Below are positions 37,755 to 49,919 of a DNA stretch of 64,000 nt, in pieces. This DNA comes from Vicugna vicugna (taxonomy: Eukaryota): positions 7,292,124 through 7,356,123 of the forward strand of contig MU061579.1 in NCBI GenBank assembly GCA_013265495.1, read 5' to 3'. A model generated the notes under the pieces. That model ran no database searches and was not told where the DNA came from. It saw only the letters and a program-made list of their open reading frames with translations. Positions within the stretch are counted from its first letter, which is position 1; each line of letters opens with the position of its first letter. The translations under genes were made by a program, and so were the position numbers.

Positions 37755-37950
37755 GCATTCTCACAGTCTGGTCCATGGGCCTCCTGCATCAGAATCTCCT
37801 GGGGCTCCTGGGGAGTTTGTTAAATCCATAGAGTCCATTGCCCAAACCCAGATCTATCACACCGGATGTCTCTGGTGGGGCGCAGGAGTCTGCATGTTTA
37901 ACATGCCTTCCACCTGATTCTTCAGGCCACTCAAGTTGAGGAGCACTCTT
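37755..37950. mobile_element. MER5A-like hAT-Charlie DNA transposon
   Basis: ctgcatcagaatctcctgggg...tttgttaaa...gtctgcatgtttaaca...tgattct...agttgaggagcact. Confidence 0.75.
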
Positions 37951-39419
37951 GCAGTCTCCTCTGTGTGCCACTCGTCTGTTTGCCTTTAAAAACCATTTAT
38001 CTCTCTTTTCACAACATCTTCATTTCCCAGTGCTTTGCCCTTAGTAGGCCGAGAATGGGCATGTGAATGAATAAGTCTTATATTAGCACTTGTGAATTTT
38101 CATTTGTAAATTTCAGTCATTTACACCATCTTGGTCAATTCTTGTATCACTTCTCTGAGGTAGGTAGGAGGGCAGGAATTACTGTCCTTGTTTCACAGAG
38201 ACCAAAATAGATCCAAGATGATGGATAGTCTTTTTTTTTTCTTCTTTAGTATTTTAGAGCTTGTAAAGAGCTGGCATTTAAATCAAGATCTTCTCACTCA
38301 GAGGTTGAGATACTTTGATTCACATCTGGTGATCCTGGGCAATTTATACTGTGCATTCGTCTGAAGATCTAAAATGCTTTATTCTGAGTGTCTTATTCAT
38401 CTTCATAATATAAATATGCATTTTTATATACATTCTTAATGAGCCACCAAGACAACATCAAACAATTCATTTTCTTTGCAATAAATCACCAGTGTCACAC
38501 TGAGTGAAAACCCTGTCACTGATATGGAAATATGACCTAGAAGCTCATGGGGTGTAATTCAGCATTTCAGTACGAGTCAACACAAATTCTGCTAAGTGCT
38601 AGGTGTTGTGTTAAATACTGGGGACACAACAACAAAATGAACAAAAGCAACTCCTGCTTTTAAGGATGGAAATTTCTGGGTGTGTCTAAGAACAGAGCCC
38701 TAGTAAGTCAGAATGCCAAGGTCTGAGTAACATGTCAGAGTCATCAAAATGGGAGATTTTAGAGATTTACTTGTGGAGGGTTTTGCAGGGTTGGCAGTGC
38801 TTGTATCTGGATGTTACCTGGGTGAAGGACTTCAATATACTCATAATTTCCAACCGTGGCTTTACAATAGAGATAATTATTAATGTGCTTCAAATGTTTA
38901 AGCCTTGAAAATATACATCTAACTTTAGAGGCAGATGTTGTTTAGAATTGGGTTTTTAAAACTTACTTTATAGAAACATTTTGATAGGTGATTTCCCTGT
39001 TGCCAAAGAAACCACACAGGAAGTCACAGACAGATGGCAATAACAGGAGCTCTAGGGAACACATAATGATATTCATGTGGCATATGGTGTGGGGCTCGTA
39101 AAAGTGGTTCTAACGTCCAGAAAAGAATTAACCAGCAGTCACAGAGGAATTAAATCTTCTTTTGTGACCTTTATTGCAGCGCAGGACTCCATTTCAAATC
39201 AGCACACAATGCAGCGTGAGTAAGAGTGATCAGGAGTTAGGAAGGAAAAATGCAAAGTTAAACCAAAATGAAATGCAAATCAAGCCATCTGCAACAGAAT
39301 CATAAAGCTTCAGTGGGCCAGCAGAGCTGGTGCCTAGCGCCAGCTAAGTATTCGTTTGAGGTGTCGAGATTTTATAGGAACAGAGTTGGAATTTGAACAT
39401 GGGGGCAATATTTCAAGTT

Positions 39420-39750
39420 AGGGGTGAGCACACCACTGCCTATTTTGGTACTACCACCTGCAAGCTAAGAAGAGATTTTACATTTTTAAAGAGCTGGAGA
39501 AAAATCAAAAGAACAATAATATTTCATGACACATAAAAATTATATGACATCCAAAGTTTTACTGGCGCCTCCAAGAGACTTGCAAACTTTCCAATCATTT
39601 TCCTGGACCAGAGCCATACTCCTTTTCTAGGTATTGGCCACGGCTGCTTTGTGCTTCAATAGCAGGGTGGAGTAGTGGTGACAGAGACAGTCTGGCCTGC
39701 AAAGCCTACAATATTTACTATCTGCCCTTTACAGAATAGATGCACCTCTC
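39420..39750. mobile_element. MER58B-like hAT-Charlie DNA transposon
   Basis: aagctaagaa...ttttacatttttaaa...atatttcatgacacataaaaatta...gacagagacagtctggcctgcaaagcctacaatatttactatctgccctttacagaa. Confidence 0.8.
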
Positions 39751-40082
39751 TTCCAGCTCGACATCAACAACGTAAAAGTGAGAAACGGAGGCCTGCTATG
39801 TGGAGGTTTTGCCACAGGAATAACTTTTTCGGCATTAAGGATTGTGTACTCAGACCAGGGATTTGTTGTCTTCACCTGAGTAGGATCCCAGAGCCCATGT
39901 GGTTGCTTAACTCTTGTGTAACTGTCCTCTCTGGTAGATTGTAAGCTCAGTCCAGGCGGGGCGGGGTCTGCAGTGTCCACCCTGGTATCCTGGTGCTCAC
40001 ATAGGTTTGTTGAGTGAAATGATCACCTTCAGAATCCTCTTTACTACCTCCAGTGTGATTTTCCTAACATTAAAAATGGTTT

Positions 40083-40833
40083 TATCCATGTCTTGGCTAT
40101 TATAAATAGTGCTGCTATGAACATTGGGGTGCATGTGTATTTTTGCATTAAGGTTCCCTCTGGTTATATGCCCGGGAGTGGGATTATTGGATCATATAAT
40201 AAGTCTAGTTTTAGTCTTTTGAGGAATCTCCATACTGTTTTCCATAATGGCTGCTCCAAACTACATTTCCACCAACAGTGTAGGAGGGTTCCCTTTTCTC
40301 CACACTCTCTCCAGCATTTATCGTTTGTGGACTTTTTAGTGATGGCCATTCTGACTGGTGTGAGGTGATACCTCATTGTAGTTTTGATTTGCTTAAATGT
40401 CCATCAACAGATGACTGGATAAAGAAGTTGTGGCATATTTATACAATGGAATACTACTCAGCCATAAAAAATAAAATAATGCCATTTGTAGCAACATGAA
40501 TGGAACTGGAGATTGTCATTCTAAGTGAAGTAAGCCAGAAAGAGAAAGAAAAATAGCATGTGATATCACTCATATGTGGAATCTTAAAAAAAAAAGACAA
40601 ATGAACTTACTTACAACCTATTTACTTATTACAAATGAGCAGAAACACTCACAGACATAGAAAAATAACTTATGGTTAGCAGAGGGGGAAGTGGGTAGGA
40701 AGGGATAAACTGGGAGTTTGAGATTTGCAGATACTAACTAATATATATAAAATAGATAAACAAGTTCATACCACATAGCACACGGAACTATATTCAATAT
40801 CTTGTAACTTATGGTAAAAACAATATGAAAATG
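40083..40833. mobile_element. 5'-inverted (twin-primed) LINE-1: 40083-40392 antisense ORF2, 40393-40833 sense ORF2 end plus 3' UTR
   Basis: Minus strand [15 protein letters not shown]...[16 protein letters not shown]...[16 protein letters not shown]; plus strand continues [25 protein letters not shown]. Confidence 0.92.
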
Positions 40834-41203
40834 TTTAAATTTTCCTCTTATTCAATCCCCCAACCATCCAATTTGTCCTCCCAAATAAATACTGCTATTA
40901 GTTTCTTGGGTCTCCTTCCAGAAGAATTCTATGCAGAAATAAACACACATATAGTTTTTATTTTTACCAATGTTAGCATATTGTACATGCTGTTCTGTAC
41001 CTTGTTTTTTTTTATTTAGAGCACATTTTGAAGCTTGTTTTATTCTAAAATATAGGATGTCTATCAAGTCTAGAAACATAAGAATTATGTATTTAAAATG
41101 ATAGCTTATTGATATATAATATATGATAAAATAACATGTCTGTTTCCAGATTTTATACCAGGAAGTATATATACTGGGATAAAAGTCTTCAATGCCTTTC
41201 AGG

Positions 41204-41335
41204 TTTTTTTTTGTTTTTATTTTTGGTAGGGGAGGTAATTAGGTTTATTTCATTTTTAGAGGAGGAACTGGGGATTGAACCCAGGACCTTCTGTCTGCTA
41301 AGCATGTGCTCTACCACTTGAGCTATACCCTCCCC
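41204..41335 (-). mobile_element. vic-1-type SINE, long-tail variant
   Basis: Reverse strand ggggagggtatagctcaagtggtagagcacatgcttagcagacagaaggtcctgggttcaatcccc...aataaacctaattacctcccc plus A-tail. Confidence 0.9.
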
Positions 41336-41956
41336 TCTATATACCTTTTAAAATTCTTCAGTAAGCTCCTTTCTCTGTTTGTTGGTGAGCCTCCTGGACC
41401 TCGTTGCCTCCCCACTTTGGAACCTGGATAAAACACCACCTTGCAAGGCATAGGTCCCTGCTTCTTGTGTACTGCTGAGGCCATATGACATCACAATGCT
41501 ACATAATTAATATTTTTACTCTTAAAAAAAAGCTAAACACTTTTAGGCACTTTCCCTCAGGGACTCATTTTCTGCCACGCTGATCTTTAAATTTTCACGA
41601 GCCCTCAGTATTGAACTGCTGGTAATTCCCAAAGCTCTCTTAAACCTGCTTGCCTGTTTACACACTGTTCTCTCTCCCTGGAATGCCCTCCCACAGACCA
41701 TCTGCCTGGATAACGCCTATTTGCCCTGTAGCTAGAGCTTGTGTCAAAATTGTATCCTTCATGAATCTTGCTCTAATCCCTTTCTAGCTCAGAATTTCTT
41801 TTTCCATGATCTACCTTTTTGCTAAATATGTGACCATTGTAGCAGCTATCATGTTGAATATCAATCATCTGTTGGCATTTCTTTCTCCCCTGCTCTGTAG
41901 AAAGGGGACAAGAATCGTTACTTACTTTTGTGATCTAAGACTATGAATAGTCAACA

Positions 41957-42588
41957 CAGAGGGAACTCTAATTCAAAAAGATATATGCACCTCAGTGTTC
42001 ACAGCAGCACTATAGACAATAGCCAAGGCATGGAAACAACCTACATGTCCACCGACAGAAGACTGGGTAAAGAAGCTGTGGTATATTTATACGATGGAAT
42101 ACTACTCTGCCATACAAAGAATAAAATAATGCTATTTGCAGCAACATGGATGGACCTGGAGATTGTCATTCTAAGCGAAGTAAGCCAGAAAGAGAAAGGA
42201 AAATACTATATGATATCACTCATATGTGGAATCCAAAAAAAGAAAGAAGACACTAATGAATTCATCTACAAAACAGAAAAAGACTCTCAGACATAGTGAT
42301 AATTTTATGGTTACCTGGGGAAATGGAGTGGGAAGTGATAAATTTGGGAGTTCAAAATTTGCAAGTATTAACTATTATATATAAAAATAGATTAAAAAAC
42401 AAATTTCTGTATAACACAGGGCACTATATTCAGTATCTTGAAGGGCACTATGTATCTTGTAATAACCTTTATGAAAATGAATATATGTGTGTATATGCAT
42501 GACTGGGACATTATGCTGTACACCAGAGACTGACACATTCTGACTATACTTCAATGAAAAAAAATATATATATATAAAGAAAAAAAAG
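41957..42588 (+). mobile_element. 5'-truncated lineage-specific LINE-1 (ORF2 C-terminus plus 3' UTR)
   Basis: Encodes EGTLIQKDIC...FAATWMDLEIVILSEVSQKEKGKYYMISLICGI; 3' end tgactatacttcaat plus A-rich tail. Confidence 0.92.
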
Positions 42589-42750
42589 GAATACAGGTAA
42601 AATGCATTTCTGATGTGGTGCCAGCAGCCTCAGCCAGAGCTGCTGTAATAGGCATAGCTAGAGCTCCTTTCATTGCAAAACTGGGAAGTCTATGGTTTCC
42701 TAAGTCTTGTTTCTTCTCTGCTTCCTCCTTTCAGTCTTTCATTGCTTGCT

Positions 42751-43305
42751 TGTTGCAGACTGTTTGTTGGCTGCCCAATAGGCAGTCACCCCACTTCTTT
42801 GTGGCTAGCAGAACATCAACCAGTGGAAATCTATTCATCTCAGGGAGGGAGGCATCTATTCCAGGCACAGCTGATTAAACGTGTTTGAGCTAAACCATTA
42901 TGCTGTTCTGTTTCTTTCTGAGAGAGTTGGATTAGAGGTGGACCTGTGAGCCTTTCTGGACCAAGATATGTAGGGGAAGTTGGTTGAGAGAGTCTGTATC
43001 TCAGATAAATGTCAGAACTTCAGGGGAATAAAGTGTTTATACACCACCCCCACCTTCATTCTACCTTGGGAAACTGATATGAATTCAAAATACCTGAAGC
43101 TGCAGCAGCCATCTTATGACCACGAGGTAACGAAAACAAGAATGAGAAGCCAAGAACTGAGAATGTCCTTCTTTGGGCAGAACAAGGGTCCCTGATGATA
43201 TCACGGAGCCTCAGAACAAACTGTTAAATAAAATTAAGCGTTCTTTGCGTTTAGCTACCATTAACTGGTTTCGCTGCTAATTTTAGACAAAAACATTTCC
43301 AACTG
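42751..43305 (+). mobile_element. MLT1K/L-like MaLR LTR
   Basis: tgttgcagactgtttgttggctgccc...gctgcagcagccatcttatgaccacgagg...gggtccctgatgatatcacggagcc. Confidence 0.65.
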
Positions 43306-43374
43306 ATATATTTGCCTTCCTGAGTCTACATTCTTTCAAGCAAAACACAGCTGCCTCTTCAGAAAATAGTCTCT

Positions 43375-43556
43375 GGAGCAATGTCCAAAACTTAGCTGGA
43401 CATTGGTAATTACCTGGCATTTTTAAAATATTCTGGTGCCTGTTTCCCATACCCAGACATTCCCATTTAATTGGTAGAGAGTGTAACCTGGTCATCAGAA
43501 GTGATAAAAATCTCCCCAAGTGATCTAACGTGTTGCCAAAGTTTGGCAACCACCAT
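43375..43556. mobile_element. MER5-family DNA transposon
   Basis: aacttagctggacattgg...attacctgg...ctccccaagtgatctaacgtgttgccaaagtttggcaaccac. Confidence 0.7.
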
Positions 43557-43624
43557 TCTGGAGGAAGGTGTATGGTTTCTTGATGTTACATGATGACATA
43601 TAATTATTTTTCCTTTTTAAAGTA

Positions 43625-43844
43625 CAGTTGACCTTTGAAGAAGACGGTTGGAATTACATGGATCCACTTACACACGGGATTTTTTTCAACAGTCAAATAC
43701 TACAGTAGCACACAATCCAGGGCTGATTGAATTCTTGGCTATGGAGGGACTGTGGATAAGGAAGGCCAACTATAAATTAGACTCTGATTTTTGACTGGGA
43801 GAAGGTTGACGTCTCTAACCTCCACATTTTTCAAAGTTCAACTG
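43625..43844. mobile_element. MER8/Tigger2-derived DNA transposon
   Basis: Inverted termini ta-cagttgacctttgaa ... ttcaaagttcaactg; ggatccacttacacacgggatttttttcaa. Confidence 0.75.
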
Positions 43845-44249
43845 TCACTGCTTTTTCGGTGGTTCCCACTGTGTTGTCCAATAGAACCACCTGGAAGGCT
43901 TTTAGAATATATGTAAGCTTGGCCTCTCCCTCACAGAATCTGATCCAAATGGCCTCGAATAGGACCAGGACAAGGTCTAAAACTCCCCAGATGATTCAAA
44001 TGTATAAGTAATCAAGGCTGAAACCTCTGTATCAGGAGGACACACCGGAGTGCTTGCCTGCTGGCAGCCTAGCTGTCCTGTGAATCTGAAAGCTCTAGGT
44101 GGCGGAGAGTGGAGGAGGTTTTCACAGCAAAGCTGATTCCTCCACCGCCCGGCGCAGGTGTTTAAGGGTAGATGTTTCCAGCTGTCTCTGACAGGAAATG
44201 TTTACACATATTTGTAGAATTTCTCTATCAGCATTGAGCAAGATCGTGC

Positions 44250-45044
44250 TGTTTTTGAAGAACAGCCAAATGAACACTTGTAACCTAGGATTCATAAAAA
44301 ATACAGAAAAACTTCGTTGAAGGTATTCTAGAAATAGTGCTATGAAGCCGTCGTGAGGAGCTCTGACGTGTGCAGGACGGACTTAACCATTCAGGGGAAG
44401 ACTGCTGCCCGTAAGGGCGTGTGCGGGGTGCTAAGGTCTCTCCCACTGGTTTCTAATTGCAAAAGAGGGGGGAGATAGTATTTCAGTGGAAAGTTCTAGC
44501 AGTTACCACCTTGGCCTAGTGGTCACATTTAGTGTCAGTCATAGTAGGACACCCTGACATTATGTGACTCCTGATGGATGCAGTCTGACGTGCACAGGGT
44601 CACCTGTGCAGTATTCATGCCAGACATGTGTGGCCCATATCTCATGAGGCCTCTGGATATACCTCCCAGCTGCAGGAAAGACCTGGGCGACAGCAACGAG
44701 GTCAATGGCACCAGGAGAAAACAAGCAGGTGAACTAGATTGTGGAGTCTTCTACAAGACTGCTGCCTGGTCTTCAAAGGGACAATTTTTTTTTAAGTGAA
44801 CAATTCTTTTAGCATAAAGCGGAACAAAAAGATGTAACAACCAATTAATTATCCACATCTGAAAATTATTTTCAAATGGTTTAGCAAAATTTAATATATA
44901 TATGTATATGTATATATGTATGTGTGTATATATATATACTTCCATACATATAAAAACACACTCATACAAACAAAATGTTAACAAATGTTGAATAAAGTTG
45001 GGGGATACACATTGTACTCTCAACTTTTTTGAATATTTTCAATG
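44250..45044 (+). mobile_element. Old L1MC/ME 3' region
   Basis: ccaccttggcctagtggtcacattt...gacattatgtgactcctgatggatgca...caaaatgttaacaa...cattgtactctcaactttt. Confidence 0.6.
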
Positions 45045-45049
45045 ATTTC

Positions 45050-45508
45050 TGCTGGGCTGCACCTCGCAGGCCTACAAAGCCTGTACTGGCCCACCTTCAA
45101 GACGGAAGAAAGAGCCCAGAGTCAGTGACAGAGACAACAGGGGGTTAATGGATAGGGGGGCTTACATGTCTGAAGCCAGGTCTTGGAGCGACTCCCCACC
45201 GAGTGTGGCAGACGGCAGGCAGGGCAGGCAGGACATGGCGGAGGGCTTCGCTCCCAGGGGGCAGGGGGAGCTTAGCAGTTATAGGGGAATTGATGTCAGG
45301 TTGGTCATTAATGTTACCAGGGAAACCAGCAGAGGGGCACGCCCCTCCCCACCCCTTTGGTAAGAACAATCACTAGCCAGGGCAGAGGCAAGCATGTAGG
45401 AAGGTCAGTCTTGTGAGCAGGGTGTGGCTGTAGGTGAAGCAGACACTGGTCAAGCAGGGGGCGTCCAGAGAGCAAGAGAACAGCCACCTTGAATGGCTTG
45501 ACCATACA
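45050..45508 (-). mobile_element. ERV solo LTR (459 bp), family not recognised
   Basis: TG...CA termini; flanks atttc (45045-45049) and gtttc (45509-45513) as a 5-bp TSD with 1 mismatch; TATA-like ctataact on the minus strand at ~45278-45285; GC-rich relative to flanks. Confidence 0.75.
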
Positions 45509-45899
45509 GTTTCCATAACGTGTGGGGAAATATCTCTATTCCTAATCTTTCCATGCTGGAAAATGCCTCCTCCAGATTTGATCGCTAGAAGTGTTAGAGG
45601 TGGAAGTCATTCCTGCAACTTTTTCTCAGCATTTCTTCAGTTAGACTCCTGGAAGTATTCACCCAAGTGCAGGCCACATCAATGAACTGTTTCTTTCTCC
45701 TCCTTCACTTTCTGTTTCTGGAGTGAGATAGGTTTCCTCAGGCTCGACTGAGGAGCTGGTTCACCTTCTCGACATCAGCTAGTCACCAGAGTCCTGAATA
45801 CAAATACCGTGGTGCTTTGCCTCTGTTGGATACATGCTTAAAAGAAAGATAATAAGGTGTCAGCATAATGTGACGTGATTAGTTTGTTTTGAAACAGCA

Positions 45900-46250
45900 C
45901 ATGGTAATTTATGTATTCAAATGCTCTCTTCAAAAGCATACCTTGCATAAACCGGTTTCAACATATGCCTTTTAAGATCATCTTCAAGGCTCATATTACA
46001 TTCTCCTCAAAGGTCACATATCTGTGTCCTTTAAGGAGTGGATTTGTGTGAATAGCTAAATATCACTGAGGGTCACAAGTAGTAAATAAATTAATTAAGC
46101 AAGTGAAGTAATGCCCTTCTGGCCACTCAGTGGGATTATACAACAGTGATATTTATTTTCTGAAATAATAATTCTTTTTAAAGGCAGTTCAGAAATGTTT
46201 AAGGTAATGTTAGCATCATTTGAAGAACATTACAAGTTAAGCTTTTTGGA
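45900..46250. mobile_element. MARNA-like ancient mariner remnant
   Basis: atctgtgtcctttaaggagtggatttg...atagctaaatatcactgagggtcacaagt resembles MARNA as recalled. Confidence 0.5.
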
Positions 46251-46279
46251 TGCTCCCTTGAATGTGTAAGTTTAATCTT

Positions 46280-46470
46280 GACTCTGAGATCACTGGCCAA
46301 GAAATCTTTCCAGACCTCAGTTTTCCCATCTGTAAAACAGGAATAACAATGCCTACCTCAAAGGATCATAAGGCCTAAATGAGTTGATACATGCAAAGCA
46401 TTCAAAACAATGCCTGGCAACTAGTAAATTTCAACAAATGTTGTCTACTATTACAAGTATTGTCACTACT
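46280..46470 (+). mobile_element. MIR SINE
   Basis: cctcagttttcccatctgtaaaacaggaataacaatgcctacctca...tgcctggca. Confidence 0.8.
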
Positions 46471-46523
46471 ATGTCTCAAATATTCAGTCATATTACTTTC
46501 CAGTTATGTTTACTTATAGGACC

Positions 46524-47070
46524 TGTAGTAAGATGGTCCTTTCAGTTGCAAATGAGAGAAACCCAACTTAAAATAGTTTCAGTTTAAAAAAAAACAGAAA
46601 TAAGAGGATCATCTACTTGGGAAGTTCAAGTGCCAGTGGTAGCTTCAGGTATGGCTAGATCCAGGATGAAATGATGATGTTAAGGTTCTGTTATTCCTCT
46701 CCACCTCTCAGCTCTGCTTCCTTTTTGGTGATGAGTTGTAGCAGCCTCTCTCCATTAGGGAGAAAAGTAGCTCACTGGTAGCTAGACAACAACCCAAGCC
46801 TTGGGCATTATGGCTCACAGTCTCAGAGAAAGAGACCCTCTCTCCTCCAGCAGGTAGTCATCATTCAAATGTGGACCCAAGTGGCCACACTTGATCCTTG
46901 CCCACCTTTGTGCAAACTGCTGTGCTTATCTGGAGCAACAAGATTGGCTGGATCCCAAAGTTATCCCTGGTTACTCCAGGCACCCATGGAGTGCTGTGGA
47001 ATAATTACCAAAGGAAGTCCTTGGGGACAAAGCCAAGTCTGCTCTCTCAGAAGTGAACAGCCAGCTTCAG
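46524..47070 (-). mobile_element. MLT1K-like MaLR LTR
   Basis: tttcagttgcaaatgagagaaacccaacttaaaatag...agcttcaggtatggctagatccagg...tctcagctctgcttcc. Confidence 0.7.
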
Positions 47071-47169
47071 GTAGTTCCACCTCCATTTATTTATCACCTG
47101 ATAGTTGTTTTTTGACCACTGACTACATGGCAGGAACTATATTGGGGTTATACATAAAAGCAAAATGTA

Positions 47170-47380
47170 ATAATAACTAAACTTGATTGAATGGTTGATA
47201 TGTACCAGATCCTAGGTGTTGTATTCCAGATGTATTATCTTATTTAATGTCCCTACTAACCCCATGAGGTAAGCACTACTATTATCCCCAGGTGACAAAG
47301 AGGCTCAGAGGATTTAGTAACCTTCCCAAAGCCACATCCTTTGGTAAAACAGAGTTAATAGATCCATGTAGATCTGAGCG
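47170..47380 (-). mobile_element. MIR SINE
   Basis: tatttaatgtccctactaaccccatgaggtaagcactactattatccc...gaggctcagaggatttagtaacctt. Confidence 0.75.
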
Positions 47381-47779
47381 GTATGTGTGTTGGAATCGAT
47401 GGTTTCCTGATGTCCAATCATTCAATGGTGTGTGCTCAGCATGTGCTTCATGAGCTGGGATTTCAACATGTGCTAGAATAAGCAGCACTTGGGGCCAACT
47501 GGCAAGTCTGAAACCCATAGCAACAATGTTTAATTCATGGCAACAATGAATAGTGTGCCAAATAAGAAGGGAGGTAAGGACAGGACTGGACTTGCTCTGT
47601 AAGAGGCGGTTGCCTCTGGGGGTGACTAGGGGAGGCATGGTGAGATTCTGCTCCATGTGAGCAGTCTTACTGTGCTTAATGGAAATGCTTAAACATAACT
47701 ATATCTCTGGTAAAGAACTACATCTCTGGTAAAAGGTGGGAGAAGGTAAAAAAGGATTTTGATAGAGGACTAAAATCCA

Positions 47780-48050
47780 TGACAGTGAGGAATTGCCCCA
47801 ACAAAATCTTATCTCGCTTCCTCTCATGTAAGAGTTTCGGTTCTGCCACAGGACCTCCAGATAGAGACTACATTCCCCAGCATCCTTTGTGACTCAGTAT
47901 GGCCCTGTGACCATGATGTCATCAACACGAGGGAAGTGAGCCATATCCACCTCCTTTGTTGGAGGAAATTTGTGTCCTGGACTATTTCTGTTCCCCTTCC
48001 TGGAAGCTGGATCTTCTCTTGACTCAGCTTTGACCATACAGAAGAGCGCT
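47780..48050 (+). mobile_element. MLT1J-like LTR fragment
   Basis: agactacattccccagcatcctttg...tatggccctgtgacca. Confidence 0.5.
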
Positions 48051-48150
48051 GTTTTATTATGAGTATTAATTTAGAAATGCATGCCCCTCCCTAAGATAGG
48101 ACCTAGAAGTTCAAAATGTCAACGAGTAGCCAATATAAAAAAGCTTCTGA

Positions 48151-48176
48151 ACACACACACACACACACACACACAC
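48151..48176. repeat. (AC)13 microsatellite
   Basis: Perfect AC run. Confidence 0.95.
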
Positions 48177-49619
48177 CTGTGGTTAAAGCAGGATTTACAT
48201 ATATTTCCTTCAATAGGCAAGCAGGGAGAGAGCTGGTGGGGAAGAGGGGTGGAGGGTGGTCACACACAACCTTATTAGTCCGGCCAGTCTTTCTCTGTCT
48301 CCTTCCTGTTAACCCCTAGGCCGCATGTCAGTGACCCCTGCAAGCAAGATGTCTTTCTCTTATCTACAGGGAGAGTTCGGGATCTCCTCCAAACTGCATG
48401 CCACAGTCTGCAAAACCCAGCTTAGTATTCCCAGAGAGGTGCACGAGATGGATGCTGGATGTTCTGTGACGGTAGGGCAGGCTGGGCTGGAGCTACAGGA
48501 GTATTGGCTTAGATGCTCATCGGTGCCTCCACTGCCTTTCTCTCCAATGCAAACAACTTGTTCATACTGCTTGCTTTTCGTGTATAAACATGTTTTCCTT
48601 TGTTTTTTAAACTTATCTCAAAAACAACATATGCAATGACAAATTTCATGAAAATGTTTTTATGACATCTCTTAAGTTCAGCCTGTTTACAGATTGTCAA
48701 AGTAGGATGTAAACACTCTGTCAAAACAGGTTCCCTTGCGTGGAAAGGGGGAGTGAGGCATCCTCTAAATACTTATACAAACCACACACGTCACAGGGAC
48801 AGAGTCTACCGGACAGGGGAACAACATGTGTAGCCATGTGTAGCCGAGCTGTCCCGCCAGCCCGGACTGCCTGGATTGAGACTGGAAAGAACAAAGGCTT
48901 CTTTCTTTCTGAAGCCCTTGCATTTCTGGATTTCTCTGTTATGGCTGCTTAGCCTTTATCCTGGCAAACACACGGAGGATAAGGAGGCAATCAGTGTTCA
49001 CTGAGTAAGTGAATGAAAGCATGAGTGAAGACGTATTTCCTCATACGTCTCCAACAACACAGCATCCCATACTGTTTTGTCTTACCTGTTTCTGGGACAG
49101 CGTGTCTCCAAAGACAGCTCCAAGCTGTGGAAGGTCACAGAGTCACACCGTGCCAGGGCAGGAGTGCCAGCTGCGGAGGAGAGACAGAGCCACCTCGGCC
49201 TCGTGCACCTGCATGCGGCTGCTAAGACGCCGGGGCAGGAACTCTGGCCTCCAGATGCACCTGATGCTCCAGCTCCGGGGAATAAACACCACAGCCTTGT
49301 CACAAATGCTCCAGTGTCAGAGATTTTTGAGTGAAAAATTAAACAACAGATGGCAAAATAAAGACCCCTTACAAAGGTGAAGTCTATGCTTTGTATGCGC
49401 ATTACGCTTTTTTTGTGTGCGGTCAACGTTTGCGCCACTTCCTATGGATGACAAGTTTGCTCTGCAGCCCCGCTTACAGCCAATAATCAGCAGTTACTGG
49501 TGTTACCGTCACTGCCACCTCTGCCACGTAAACGTTTACTGTCAACTCTAATTCACAGAAAGTGTTGCAGAGAGCCACCAACTCAGGTCTCAGGGCAAAA
49601 AGTCTTTTCTTGACTATAG

Positions 49620-49797
49620 ATTTTTTTTAAGTTGAAGTATAGTTGATTGTGTCAGTTTCTGGTGTACAGCAAAGTGATACAGTTATACATACATACATAT
49701 GTGTGTGTGTGTGTGTGTGTATACATATATATATATATATTCTTTTTCAGATTCTTTTTCATTACAGGTTATTACAAGATACTGAATATAGTTCCCA
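49620..49797 (-). mobile_element. L1 3' UTR fragment containing (TG)n(TA)n
   Basis: ttgaagtatagttgatt...ctggtgtacagcaaagtgat...ggttattacaagatactgaatatagttccc. Confidence 0.88.
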
Positions 49798-49919
49798 GGT
49801 TTGAGGCCTGGGATGGGAAGGAGAGAGAGAATGGAGGACTCTGTTTCCTGCCAGGAACTGGGTTTGCAGCGCCGGTGATAACAATGCTTTACAACGCTAT
49901 CTCACAGTCCTAAGGTGCT

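Noticed and set aside
47697..47735. 19-bp tandem duplication (cta.atctctggtaaa)
   Set aside because: Common slippage-type micro-duplication with no further structure.
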